Part shown: positions 37,873-47,130 of the stretch, one piece after another
Layout: each line of letters starts with the position of its first letter
Numbering within the stretch: position 1 is the stretch's first letter
NCBI GenBank assembly: GCA_018436925.1
Contig: JAHDKI010000017.1
Span: 88,288 to 152,287, forward strand
DNA from: Syntrophaceae bacterium
GTDB taxonomy: Bacteria > Desulfobacterota > Syntrophia > Syntrophales > Smithellaceae
DNA length: 64,000 nucleotides
Reading direction: 5' to 3'
Program-made: the position numbers and the translations under genes
Notes under the pieces: generated by a model
Database searches by the model: none
Seen by the model: only the letters and a program-made list of their open reading frames with translations
What the model was told of the DNA's origin: nothing

Positions 37873-38988
37873 TCAACCTTCCGCCGCAATCGTCAGCAGC
37901 ATCTGCGTCCAGGTGAGCCCCGCGCCGACAATCGACAAGGCCACGTAGTCTCCCGGCCGCAGTTCGTCCCAGTGCTGGCTTAAAACGGAAGGCGCGCCGG
38001 CGCAGCCGACATTTCCGTACTGGTCGACATTGAACCAGTGGTGCGCAGGCGCGATATTCGCCCGTTCAGCCGCCGTTTGCAGCACGCCGAGATTGGCCTG
38101 ATGGCCGATAAAGAAGATCCGGGTCGGGTCTGCATCCGGAATGAGCGCCAAGATGTTGCGCAGACCGTCGGTGGTTTTGCGGATCGCATACCCTTGCACG
38201 GCGTTGCCGTCCTGATTGAAATATCCCCATCGAGGCACCACCACCTTGTCCCACATGGTCGGTCGGGAATCCATCTCGCAGTCGGTAAAATACTTATTGG
38301 ACGGGATGGTCACCGACAGAATCGACGCGGTGGCGCAATCGCCGAAGAGCACGGCGGAGCGGCGATCGGAATAGTCGATGGTCGTCGTCGCGGCTTCAAT
38401 ATTCGTCACCAAGATATAAGGAGGCAATCTGTCCGGTTTGGTGGCCTCCAAATAGCGCATTTGCACTCCATAAGTGCCGCAGGCCGAATTGATGTCGAAA
38501 CAGGGCACGTCGATTCCCAGGTCCGCCGCCACGGTCGACGCCATGCAGGGCGTCAGAAACTGAGGCAGGGAGCTGCCGGAAATGACCATGCCGATGTCGG
38601 TCGCTTTGAGGCCCGCGCGCTCAAGCGCCATCCGCGCGGCGCGCCCGCCCATCTGAGCGTCGGTGTAAAGACGCACCGTATCCGTTTCCATCGGATTGGC
38701 ATTTTTCGTTTTTTCAAGATAATCCAAAGGAATGACCGTGCGGCGCTCTTCAATGCCGACGCGTTCCATAATCCAGTCCACCGTGGTGCCGATATTCAAG
38801 TCTTCCAGAAACTTATTGCAGATGACATTTTCGGGATGAAAATGGCCGATGCCATGTAAGTATACCATTCTATTGTAGAACTCCTTTTTGGTGTGCGCCG
38901 GCCTGCCGCCGGAAAGTGTGCGACTATAATGAATAGGCTCCCGTCTGTCAATCATTTTGAACAAATCCTTGACACTGGCGCGGTCCAT
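37873..38988 (-). CDS. ketoacyl-ACP synthase III (FabH)-family condensing enzyme
   Basis: Cys-His-Asn triad contexts CFDINSACGTYG, IGHQANLGV and YGNVGCAGAP. A possible 40-aa N-terminal extension; the alternative start is ATG 38868. Confidence 0.8.
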   Translation of the reverse strand: MDRASVKDLFKMIDRREPIHYSRTLSGGRPAHTKKEFYNRMVYLHGIGHFHPENVICNKFLEDLNIGTTVDWIMERVGIEERRTVIPLDYLEKTKNANPMETDTVRLYTDAQMGGRAARMALERAGLKATDIGMVISGSSLPQFLTPCMASTVAADLGIDVPCFDINSACGTYGVQMRYLEATKPDRLPPYILVTNIEAATTTIDYSDRRSAVLFGDCATASILSVTIPSNKYFTDCEMDSRPTMWDKVVVPRWGYFNQDGNAVQGYAIRKTTDGLRNILALIPDADPTRIFFIGHQANLGVLQTAAERANIAPAHHWFNVDQYGNVGCAGAPSVLSQHWDELRPGDYVALSIVGAGLTWTQMLLTIAAEG

Positions 38989-39022
38989 AATATATGCTCG
39001 CGACGCTTTTTTTTCAGGGACT

Positions 39023-39098
39023 GGGGATGTAGCTCAGCTGGGAGAGCGCGGCGTTCGCAATGCCGAGGCCAGGGGTTCGATCCCCCTCATCTCCACCA
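39023..39098 (+). tRNA. tRNA-Ala (anticodon CGC), CCA encoded
   Basis: Manual fold. Acceptor GGGGATG/CATCTCC with the G3:U70 Ala identity pair, anticodon loop TTCGCAA, T arm AGGGG-TTCGATC-CCCCT. Confidence 0.95.
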
Positions 39099-39320
39099 GA
39101 TCCTGCCTTTCAGAATAAAAGGCCTTCAGGATTCTGCCGGAGCCGGCGGGGTTGTTTTTGTCGAGTTGATTGCGCGGCATCGCCCAGGACGAGGCTTTTT
39201 CGTTGACAACCTCCGGGCCTTTCCTATAGGTTTTTATCCCAAAAGAGGCTTTGACCTCCTTTCGCTGCATTTTTTAAAGCCATCGTTTGTTGAAACTGCA
39301 AATCATAAAGGAACCGGTTG

Positions 39321-40595
39321 ATGGTTGACGCGCGCCTGCCCGTCTCGAAAATTGAACAGTCCCTTTCCTTGGGCGATTTACCGTTTGCGGATATTTTAAG
39401 TCCCTATTGTCATAAAGGGGAACGCGCGTTTTCAACCTTTTGGATTCGCCGGGGCGATGCCGCTTCCACATCGTTTCGCGTCGAGTTGGGCGATACCGGA
39501 TCCTCCTGCGTGCGGTTATTCAATGCGGCCAACGCAATGTTGTCGATGCCCGCCGAAACGTGCCCCTATGATCTGACGCCCGCCCAGTGGGGAGACTACG
39601 CGATTTCACCGCATAGTTACATGTCCGTGGGAGACGGCCAGTATCAGATCGGTCTCAACTATTTTAACCGGTTTATGCAACTGGACGTTTATCGTTCGGA
39701 AGTCCGTCTTCTGGATCCGGGTGTGGAGGGAGATTTTTTATCCACAACCAACTGGTTTGACGCCGCGTCGGACGAAATATGGTTTGCCTCCTGGAACGCG
39801 GTCGATGCGATTTACCGCAACATCGACCCGCGGGCGGATGTGACAGTCCGCATTTGGAGAGGGCCCTTGCAGGAGGGCCGCTTCAAACAGGTCTGGGAGG
39901 GGACGCTGGGGGATTCTTTGCATCAGCTGGCCGTCAACCCCGACAAAAAATTTCTCATCGCGGCGGAGTTGGGGCTGCGGTCGGATCGGTTCTGCGCCCC
40001 TGCCAAACTGGTGCCCTCCAGGGTGTTGTTTCTGAGCCTCGAAACAGGCAGGCAGTGGCATCTGGAGATGCCGGCGGCCGCCCACATTGAATTTGATCCG
40101 TCGGATCCGGCTGTGTGTTATCTGTCCGGTCACAACATCGGATTGGTTGGGCCGAAGGTCGGCATCTTCGGACCGGGGATGATTTCAAAGGTGCGTTTGA
40201 CGCCCGACGGTCCGCGGGTGGAAAAAACTTTCAGTCATCCGGACTTTCACCGCATCACGTCGCATATCGTCTTTTCACATCGAGAGAAAACGCTGATTGC
40301 GGCAAGCGGTTATCCCGGATCCGTTTTTCTGATCGATGCCGCCTGCATGGACCTTTTCAAAATTATTGATATGAGAACAGACGATCCGGTGGATACGTCC
40401 TGCGGGCCGCACCTCTGCCGGCAGGACAGCTACGGTCTGTGCGCCTCCGATGACGGAAGACATCTGCTTGCCGTGACCACGGGGGGGCTTCGTGTATTTG
40501 ATCTTGAGACGGGAGGCGCAGTCCTTGAAGAGCCCGTAGAAGGCAACTGCAGTTTCACGGGCCATGCCGCCCGAATTCAGAAAGCGCAAGACTAA
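39321..40595 (+). CDS. hypothetical cytoplasmic protein, beta-propeller-like repeats by eye
   Basis: No signal peptide. Repeated strand-rich blocks (LAVNPDKKFLIAAELG, CYLSGHNIGLVG, TLIAASGYPGSVFLIDA, RHLLAVTTGGLRVFDLETG). No family recognised. Confidence 0.55.
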   Translation: MVDARLPVSKIEQSLSLGDLPFADILSPYCHKGERAFSTFWIRRGDAASTSFRVELGDTGSSCVRLFNAANAMLSMPAETCPYDLTPAQWGDYAISPHSYMSVGDGQYQIGLNYFNRFMQLDVYRSEVRLLDPGVEGDFLSTTNWFDAASDEIWFASWNAVDAIYRNIDPRADVTVRIWRGPLQEGRFKQVWEGTLGDSLHQLAVNPDKKFLIAAELGLRSDRFCAPAKLVPSRVLFLSLETGRQWHLEMPAAAHIEFDPSDPAVCYLSGHNIGLVGPKVGIFGPGMISKVRLTPDGPRVEKTFSHPDFHRITSHIVFSHREKTLIAASGYPGSVFLIDAACMDLFKIIDMRTDDPVDTSCGPHLCRQDSYGLCASDDGRHLLAVTTGGLRVFDLETGGAVLEEPVEGNCSFTGHAARIQKAQD

Positions 40596-41654
40596 ATGAA
40601 TGTCTACCAGATTTTCGCCGATGACGCGCTGAGCTTTGATTTCGTCACGATTTCCGAATTATCCGAACAAGATCCCCGCATCCTGCTTAAGGAGTGCGTC
40701 GGGCGCGGAGGATATGTCCTGCAGGAAAGACTTCTTCTTCCCAAGCCTCTTGCGGCCGGGGCGCAACGTTTTTCAGTCTTCGATCTGGAGCCGGAAAAAT
40801 GCAACGCTCCGCTGATTCTTCTTTCGGATGCCGGCTTGCCTCCGCAGTACAGCGCTTTCCTGGTCAGGCCCCATGACAGCCGGGTGAAAGTGAACAAGAG
40901 GGCCGATTCGATCAAAGTCGAATCCGACGGACTCAATCTTTTTTTCAGCGCGCCTCTTTCGAGCCGCGAAGACAGGACGACTTCATCCTTCACCAAGGCT
41001 TTTGACGAACTGAGCCGCGCTTTGCGCGGTCAAGCCATGATAGAAGCGAACATTGCCCGCACCTGGCTGTATCTGGACGACATCCTGAGCGATTACGGCA
41101 TGCTCAATGAGGCGCGCGAAGCATTTTTCGCGAAGTGGCACCATCCCGAAGAGCATATGATTCCCGCCAGCACCGGCATCGAAGGGCATGCGCGGGCCGG
41201 AGAACCGCTGATCCTTCAGGCCTGTGCCTTCTTTGGAGAACGCTTGTCGATCCGGCAGCAGGCATCGCCGCTTCAGGACGAGGCCACCCGATACGGCAAA
41301 CTCTTCAGCCGCTGTGTCGTGGTTGAACTGCCCCGTCATCGGCTGGTCTATATCAGCGGCACGGCGTCGATCGACCGCACGGGAGCCAGTGTTCATCAGG
41401 GGGATTTCGACCGGCAGATGGTTTTTACGCTGGATGTTTTGCTGGCGATCCTTCGCGAAACGGGCGGAGACTTTTCTCACGTGGGCCAGGCGGCCGTTTA
41501 TCTCAAACGCGGCAAGGATCTTGAAAAAAGCAGAAAGATTCTCAACGAGGCGATGTTTCCGACACAGCGGGCGCTGTTTCACCTCGACACTCCGGTATGC
41601 CGCGATGATTTGCTGTGCGAGATTGAATTGACCGCCGCCATACCGAATCGGTGA
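40596..41654 (+). CDS. RidA(YjgF)-fold protein with N-terminal extra domain; FkbO/Hyg5/XanB2 chorismatase-like architecture
   Basis: 352 aa. IARTWLYLDDILSDYGMLNEAREAFF, IPASTGIEG, LVYISGTASID, C-terminal CRDDLLCEIELTA. The ATG directly abuts the upstream TAA. Confidence 0.5.
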   Translation: MNVYQIFADDALSFDFVTISELSEQDPRILLKECVGRGGYVLQERLLLPKPLAAGAQRFSVFDLEPEKCNAPLILLSDAGLPPQYSAFLVRPHDSRVKVNKRADSIKVESDGLNLFFSAPLSSREDRTTSSFTKAFDELSRALRGQAMIEANIARTWLYLDDILSDYGMLNEAREAFFAKWHHPEEHMIPASTGIEGHARAGEPLILQACAFFGERLSIRQQASPLQDEATRYGKLFSRCVVVELPRHRLVYISGTASIDRTGASVHQGDFDRQMVFTLDVLLAILRETGGDFSHVGQAAVYLKRGKDLEKSRKILNEAMFPTQRALFHLDTPVCRDDLLCEIELTAAIPNR

Positions 41655-41762
41655 CGGCAAGGGTTTGGATGCGCTTGCGATCGGCAGGCCGATACTCGTG
41701 AACCTTCTTAAAAAGGGTTTTCCGAAACGCGCGATATGAAGACGGATGCCGGTTGACCGGAC

Positions 41763-41794
41763 AAAAAAATCGGGCCGAAGCGGCCCGATTTTTC
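41763..41794. terminator. bidirectional rho-independent terminator
   Basis: AAAAAAAT-CGGGCCG-AAG-CGGCCCG-ATTTTT sits between the convergent genes ending at 41654 and 41801. Confidence 0.7.
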
Positions 41795-41800
41795 AGCAGG

Positions 41801-42841
41801 TTATTTCCGTTTTTTTAGCTTGGCCGAATCGAAAATCCTGGCCAGGTCCCACTTCCTGCGTTTTTTCCAGCTTCCTTTGTGATACGCATAGCTGGCCAGA
41901 AGCGGCAGGGCCGTGGTGGCTTCGGCATAGACCATCTGCTCGCAGGAAGAATCGACCTTGCCCCAGGAATTGGCTTCTTTGAGTGTTGAGCTCGAACAGG
42001 CGCCGTCGCGCACATCGGCGACGGTAATCTGGATCGCGTACTTGTGCATCGGCACGTCTTTGCCGAGGATCTCGGCGCACACGACCGTGTCCTGCGCGAA
42101 GTTCTTGGGAACGCCTCCGCCGATCATCAGAAGCCCGGTCGTTCCCGCATGGATCTTGATCTGCGTCAGTTCCAGAAAATCCTTGACCGAGTCAATCGAC
42201 AGATGCTTTTCGGGTCGCTCATACTGGTGCAGCACCAGACCGAAGCCGGCGGAGCTGTCGGAAAAGGCCGGGCAGAAAATCGGGACATTGTGTTCATAGG
42301 CCGCCTGAACCAGAGAATGCTTTTTCCTGGCGTTTTTCACCAGATACCTGCCCATTTCGGCGATGAATTCCCGCGAGGAATAGGGGCGGGGTTCCAGGGC
42401 GTCGGCGATCTTTTTGATGGTTTTGTCACAGGCCTGCAGATCGTCTTCGCTGATGAAGGTGTCGTAAATGCGGTCGATGTAAAGTTCTCGCAACTGCTTG
42501 TCGTCGACAAACGGCGTGCCCTGGTAATGCTTAAATCCCAGAGCCTCGAAGAAATCCATGTCCACAATGGACGCGCCGGTGGCGACAATCGCGTCCACCA
42601 TGTTGTTTTGGACCAGATCGACATACGCCTGCATACAGCCGGCGGCGCTGGTCGAGCCGGCCAACGTGAGGATCACCGCGCACTTTTTCTCTTTCAGCAT
42701 CCGGTCATAGATGTCGGCGGCATTGGCCAAGTCTCGGGCGGAAAAAGACATCTTTTTCATGGCTTCGATAATGTCCACCGCATTGATGGCTTTAATGTCG
42801 ATATGCTCGACGGCTTTTTTAAGAAAATCCTTCTTTTTCAT
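41801..42841 (-). CDS. deoxyhypusine-synthase-like protein
   Basis: 346 aa. ILTLAGSTSAAGCMQAYVDLVQNNMVDAIVATGASIVD and MIGGGVPKNF match the DHS family pattern. Confidence 0.8.
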   Translation of the reverse strand: MKKKDFLKKAVEHIDIKAINAVDIIEAMKKMSFSARDLANAADIYDRMLKEKKCAVILTLAGSTSAAGCMQAYVDLVQNNMVDAIVATGASIVDMDFFEALGFKHYQGTPFVDDKQLRELYIDRIYDTFISEDDLQACDKTIKKIADALEPRPYSSREFIAEMGRYLVKNARKKHSLVQAAYEHNVPIFCPAFSDSSAGFGLVLHQYERPEKHLSIDSVKDFLELTQIKIHAGTTGLLMIGGGVPKNFAQDTVVCAEILGKDVPMHKYAIQITVADVRDGACSSSTLKEANSWGKVDSSCEQMVYAEATTALPLLASYAYHKGSWKKRRKWDLARIFDSAKLKKRK

Positions 42842-43031
42842 GCAGTATTCACACTTCCCCCGAGGGGATCCCCCCTTGTTTTTTTTTCAAGTTATTAGAT
42901 CATGGTCTGATAAAAGTCAATCTTTTGTGGCAAGCGCGAGCAGGCGGATAGCCGCCGGATTTTTTCCCGTCGCTTTTTGACGGTTTTAACGCTATACAAC
43001 GGCCATCATCAGCCAAGCGGGAACAAGGAAA

Positions 43032-44558
43032 ATGGATACCTTTACACTGGCGGCGACCAGTTTCATCATCGGTTTGTCGCTTCTGATTACGGGAAAGAAA
43101 GACGCGCTGCGCCGATCGTTTGCGGCTTTTTGCGCCGCCCTTTTTGTGGCGCAAACAGGCGTTTTCTTTTCCAATATTTTCGCGTCCCCGATATGGACCG
43201 CAATCGAATACGCAGGCACGCTGGCCGTCGCGCCTCTGGCGATCCGCTTCTTTTTCCATTTGACGCAAAAACGGTCCTATCTGACCCGGGGATCCGTGTT
43301 GGTCGCCACCCTGATCAGCGCGGCGGGACTGGCGGCGCTTTTCACGCCGGCATCCCAGTGGCTGTATTTTCCCCTGGCCCTTCATGCCTATGCCTATTGC
43401 GTTTTGATCATTTGTTACATGGCGCTGGTGGTTCATATCCGGAGGTTGCCGCCCAGCGCGGATAAACGCCGCCTTCGCTATCTGTTGATCGCCTGTCCGA
43501 TCGCGCTGGCGCTTTGCGCCGCCGATTATCTGGCGCACCTGGGTTTCGGAACGCCGCAAATCAGCGGACAGGTGCTCGCCGCGCTTTTGTACCTCGTTCT
43601 GCTGGTGATCGCCTACCCGCAGCTGTCGGAACTGCACGATTTTCTCGCCCGCGCTTTTGTGATTCTCGTCAGCACGGTCACCGGCGCTTTTATTTTTTAT
43701 CTGGCTGCGTTTTTCTTCAGCGACAGCCTGCCTTCGTTTCCCAGTGTGATCATGGCTTCGTTTCTGATCGTCATTTCCGTCACGCCGATCAAAATGATTT
43801 TGAAAAAAATATTCAGTTATTTCTATCCGGACAGCAAAGACGTCTTCACGTCGCTTTATGAGTTCGACGAAAAGCTGGAGCGGGAAAAAGCCCTGCTGCT
43901 GGCGGAGATGGCGCCGGTCTTCGCCCACGAAATTCGGAATCCTTTAGGGTCGATCAAAGGCGCGGCGCAGTATCTTCAGACCGAAGCCTCCACGGAAGAA
44001 CAGCAAAAGCTGCTTGACGTCATCATCGAAGAGGTTAACCGGCTCAATTCGGTGGTCAGCCGCTTCCTGGACTACGCGCGCCCCTTTCAGATGAAAGTCG
44101 ATGCCGTGAATATCAATGATATCATCCGCAAAGCCGTGTCGGTCATCCGGGCCAACCGCCTGACGGAAAATATCTCTGTGGTTCTAGACCTCAACGAGGA
44201 GCTGCCCTGTGTGCCGGCCGACGGCCAGCAGATTCTTCAGGTCATCTTGAATGTTGCCTTAAACGCTATCGAGGCGATGCCTGAAGGCGGCGCCCTGACT
44301 TTCCGCACGGCAAGACTGGAAACCGATACGGGAACGGACGTCGCCGTCTCCATCCGGGACACGGGCAGCGGCATCTCCGCCGAAGCCCTGGCGAACATCT
44401 TCAAGCCCTTTTATACCACCAAAGAGCGCGGCGTGGGCTTGGGTCTGGCCATTTGCCAGCGCATTGTGCGCGAACACGGCGGATCGATCCGCGTCAAGTC
44501 CCTCCCAGGCCAGGGAAGCGTTTTTTTTATTCGCCTTGCAGCCGCCCCCAAGTCGTGA
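43032..44558 (+). CDS. membrane sensor histidine kinase (NtrB/AtoS-like core, polytopic N-terminus)
   Basis: About 6-8 TM helices, then FAHEIRNPLGSI, DTGSGI and GVGLGLAI. Confidence 0.9.
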   Translation: MDTFTLAATSFIIGLSLLITGKKDALRRSFAAFCAALFVAQTGVFFSNIFASPIWTAIEYAGTLAVAPLAIRFFFHLTQKRSYLTRGSVLVATLISAAGLAALFTPASQWLYFPLALHAYAYCVLIICYMALVVHIRRLPPSADKRRLRYLLIACPIALALCAADYLAHLGFGTPQISGQVLAALLYLVLLVIAYPQLSELHDFLARAFVILVSTVTGAFIFYLAAFFFSDSLPSFPSVIMASFLIVISVTPIKMILKKIFSYFYPDSKDVFTSLYEFDEKLEREKALLLAEMAPVFAHEIRNPLGSIKGAAQYLQTEASTEEQQKLLDVIIEEVNRLNSVVSRFLDYARPFQMKVDAVNINDIIRKAVSVIRANRLTENISVVLDLNEELPCVPADGQQILQVILNVALNAIEAMPEGGALTFRTARLETDTGTDVAVSIRDTGSGISAEALANIFKPFYTTKERGVGLGLAICQRIVREHGGSIRVKSLPGQGSVFFIRLAAAPKS

Positions 44559-44600
44559 CGCTTTCGTTTATCGCTTGATTTAAATGGAAACTTCGAATAG

Positions 44601-45977
44601 TTGAACGCCATGAACAAGGTCCTGATTGTTGACGACGAACTTAATATGCGCCTGGTGCTCGGCGCCATGCTTAAAAAAGAAGGATACGACGTCGCCTCCG
44701 CCGCCGACGGCCGCGAAGCGCTGGATATTCTCAAGGCCGGGCGAATTGCCGCCGTCGTGACGGATTTGAAAATGCCCCATATCGACGGCATGGAGCTTCT
44801 GCGCCGGATGAGCGAGCTGTACCCCGAAGTGCCGGTGGTCATGATCACGGCGCATGGCACGGTGGCCACGGCCGTGGAAGCGTTGAAAAAAGGCGCGCTC
44901 GATTACATTACCAAGCCCTTCGAGATCGAAGAGCTCAAAAACGTCATCGCCAAGGCCGTCAAAACGCGCAATCTGAAAGATAATGAGCTTTATCTGCCTC
45001 CCGACGACATTGAAAAAGCCGGAATGGTCGGAGCCGGCCGGGCCTCAGGCGAGCTTTTCGAAGCGATCCATCGCGTGGCGCCGACCACGACCACCGTTTT
45101 GATCACCGGAGAAACCGGAACGGGCAAGGAGCTGGTTGCGGAAGCCATCCACGCCAATTCCCCGCGCCGAACCAATCCGCTCATCAAAATCAACTGCGCG
45201 GCGATTGCCGAAACTCTGATGGAAAGCGAACTGTTCGGCTACGAAAAAGGCGCCTTTACAGGCGCCGCCATTACCAAGCCGGGAAAGTTCGAACTGGCCA
45301 ACAAGGGAACGCTGTTTCTCGACGAAATCGGCGAAGTTCCGCGCGACATGCAGGTAAAGCTTCTGCGGGTTCTCCAGGAGCAGGAATTCGAACGGGTGGG
45401 GGGCCTCAAGACCATCAAGGTGGATGTCCGCATTATCGCTGCGACGAACCAGAATCTGCAGCAAAATGTCGCGGCGGGAGCCTTCCGCGAAGATCTGTTC
45501 TACCGCCTCAATGTGTTCCCGATTCGCGTGCCGCCCTTGCGGGAAAGGCTCGACGACCTGGATCTGCTGGTGGCGTATTTCATCGAAAAGTTCAACAGAA
45601 AACTGGGGCTTTCCGTTTCCGGAACGGACGACGACGTCCGTCAAAGCTTCCGTCTGCATGCCTGGCCGGGCAACATCCGCGAACTGGAAAACGTCATTGA
45701 AAGAATGATGCTCATGACCAAAACGGACCGGCTTTCCGCTTCGGTGCTGCCCGAAGAATTGAAAAATCCCTCACCGGAGCTTCCCGATGATGAACCGGCC
45801 GACGGCGGCAAGACCTTCAAGGCGGCCATGCGCGATCATATTGAAAATGTTGAAAGCCGGATGATTGTAAAATGTCTGGAAGAAACCGACTGGAACGTCA
45901 CGAAAGCGGCCAAGCTTCTGGGGTTGAGCCGCAAAGGCCTTCAGCTCAAGATGATCCGGTATCATCTGCGCAAGTAG
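44601..45977 (+). CDS. sigma-54-dependent response regulator (NtrC family)
   Basis: VLIVDDE, VVTDLKMP, GETGTGKE, GAFTGA, and a C-terminal Fis-type HTH NVTKAAKLLGLSRKGLQLKM. Confidence 0.95.
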   Translation: MNAMNKVLIVDDELNMRLVLGAMLKKEGYDVASAADGREALDILKAGRIAAVVTDLKMPHIDGMELLRRMSELYPEVPVVMITAHGTVATAVEALKKGALDYITKPFEIEELKNVIAKAVKTRNLKDNELYLPPDDIEKAGMVGAGRASGELFEAIHRVAPTTTTVLITGETGTGKELVAEAIHANSPRRTNPLIKINCAAIAETLMESELFGYEKGAFTGAAITKPGKFELANKGTLFLDEIGEVPRDMQVKLLRVLQEQEFERVGGLKTIKVDVRIIAATNQNLQQNVAAGAFREDLFYRLNVFPIRVPPLRERLDDLDLLVAYFIEKFNRKLGLSVSGTDDDVRQSFRLHAWPGNIRELENVIERMMLMTKTDRLSASVLPEELKNPSPELPDDEPADGGKTFKAAMRDHIENVESRMIVKCLEETDWNVTKAAKLLGLSRKGLQLKMIRYHLRK

Positions 45978-45986
45978 CGTTTCGGA

Positions 45987-46967
45987 TCAATTCACTTCCC
46001 GGGCCTTGGACGGAAACAGATAGTTTTCCGTTTCGATATAGGGGAAGACTTCCGCAAAGGCCTTGACGACTGCCGGGTCGAAGTGCGTGCCGGAGTTGGC
46101 GATGATTTCCTGCTTGGCCTGCAGGGAACTGAACGCTTTGCGGTAGGGACGATCGGTGGTGAGCGCGTCGTAGACATCCGCCACGGCGATGATTCTGGCC
46201 CCCAGCGGAATATCCTCTTGCGCCGCCTTGTAATAGCCGCTGCCGTCGTATTTTTCATGGTGGTGCAAAATGATCGGCAGAATATCCCCCACGGTTTCTC
46301 CCAGCGGCTCGAGCATGTTGACGGCCAGCCAGGTATGCTGGCGCATTTTCACTCTCTCCTGAGCCGTCAGCGCCGTCACTTTCTGCAGCACGGCTTCGCT
46401 GACGCCGATTTTCCCCAGATCGTGCAAAAGAGCGGCCACGCGGATATTTTCCACCTCAAATTCATTGAGCCTCATTTTCCGGGCGATCATCTCGGCAATC
46501 ATGGAGACGCGGTGGGAGTGGCTTTGTGTATAATTGTCGGCCGATTCGATGACCAGTGACAGCATTTCGATGATCCCGCTGTAGGTGCGTTGGAGCTCTT
46601 TGCGGGCTTCTTCCTTTTTGTCGTACAAAATGCCCATGCAATAGCCGGTGAAGACCAGAAACAGGCCCCAGGTGACCAGATCAAGCCATTTATAGAGTGT
46701 TGCATTGGTCCCCGTCTGCAGGGCAAAGCTGTGCGGAAAAACCCACGCCATGATTAAAATTATCGCTACGGACAGCGTCGAAGAAATAATGGCGTAACGC
46801 TTGCCGAAAAAGTAGGCGCCCAGAAGAACCGGCAGATAGAAGACATTGAGAAACGCGCGCTGATTGACGATGAAAAAATAGATAAAGCAGGCCAGGGCGA
46901 CGAGCAAAAGAAGGATGATCAGTTCTTTATCGATGTTAATTTTGCTTTGCGTCAAACGATTTTGCAC
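45987..46967 (-). CDS. membrane-anchored HD-GYP domain phosphodiesterase
   Basis: Four N-terminal TM helices. HDLGKIGV, HHEKYDGSGY, AVADVYDALTTDRPY. Confidence 0.85.
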   Translation of the reverse strand: MQNRLTQSKINIDKELIILLLLVALACFIYFFIVNQRAFLNVFYLPVLLGAYFFGKRYAIISSTLSVAIILIMAWVFPHSFALQTGTNATLYKWLDLVTWGLFLVFTGYCMGILYDKKEEARKELQRTYSGIIEMLSLVIESADNYTQSHSHRVSMIAEMIARKMRLNEFEVENIRVAALLHDLGKIGVSEAVLQKVTALTAQERVKMRQHTWLAVNMLEPLGETVGDILPIILHHHEKYDGSGYYKAAQEDIPLGARIIAVADVYDALTTDRPYRKAFSSLQAKQEIIANSGTHFDPAVVKAFAEVFPYIETENYLFPSKAREVN

Positions 46968-47130
46968 AAATACAACCTTAATTCTCCAAAGGTTCTTATC
47001 GCGGCCGATGACGGTAAAATCGTAGAACGCTTATACGCGAAAAAAAAGAAGGATGTCAATAATTTGTTTTTCCCGAAAAAAAGCCGCGCCATACCCCGCC
47101 GCGTCTTTTGGGGTCAGTTTGCGGGCTTGG

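Noticed and set aside
39023-41800. Possible genomic island integrated at tRNA-Ala
   Set aside because: No integrase or recombinase is present. I could not find a direct repeat of the tRNA 3' end downstream (checked by eye up to about 41.8 kb). There is no obvious compositional shift. It is kept only as a functional curiosity.
42857-42890. G/C palindromes (CCCCGAGGGGATCCCC) followed by a T9 tract between the divergent DHS-like and kinase genes
   Set aside because: It looks terminator-like on the plus strand, but no plus-strand gene ends upstream of it. It is likely just 5'-UTR or promoter-region sequence, and the evidence for any function is insufficient.
42900-43928. 342-aa minus-strand ORF
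   Set aside because: It is antisense to the membrane histidine kinase gene 43032..44558. The Arg/Gln/Gly-rich composition is not protein-like.
43032-45977. Calling the kinase/NtrC-type pair PrsK/PrsR (the PEP-CTERM regulatory system)
   Set aside because: This is tempting because a sigma-54 promoter precedes the PEP-CTERM gene. But the kinase is shorter than I expect for PrsK and lacks an obvious GAF region. No exosortase is nearby, and I cannot run the specific HMMs. It is left as a generic NtrB/NtrC-like pair.
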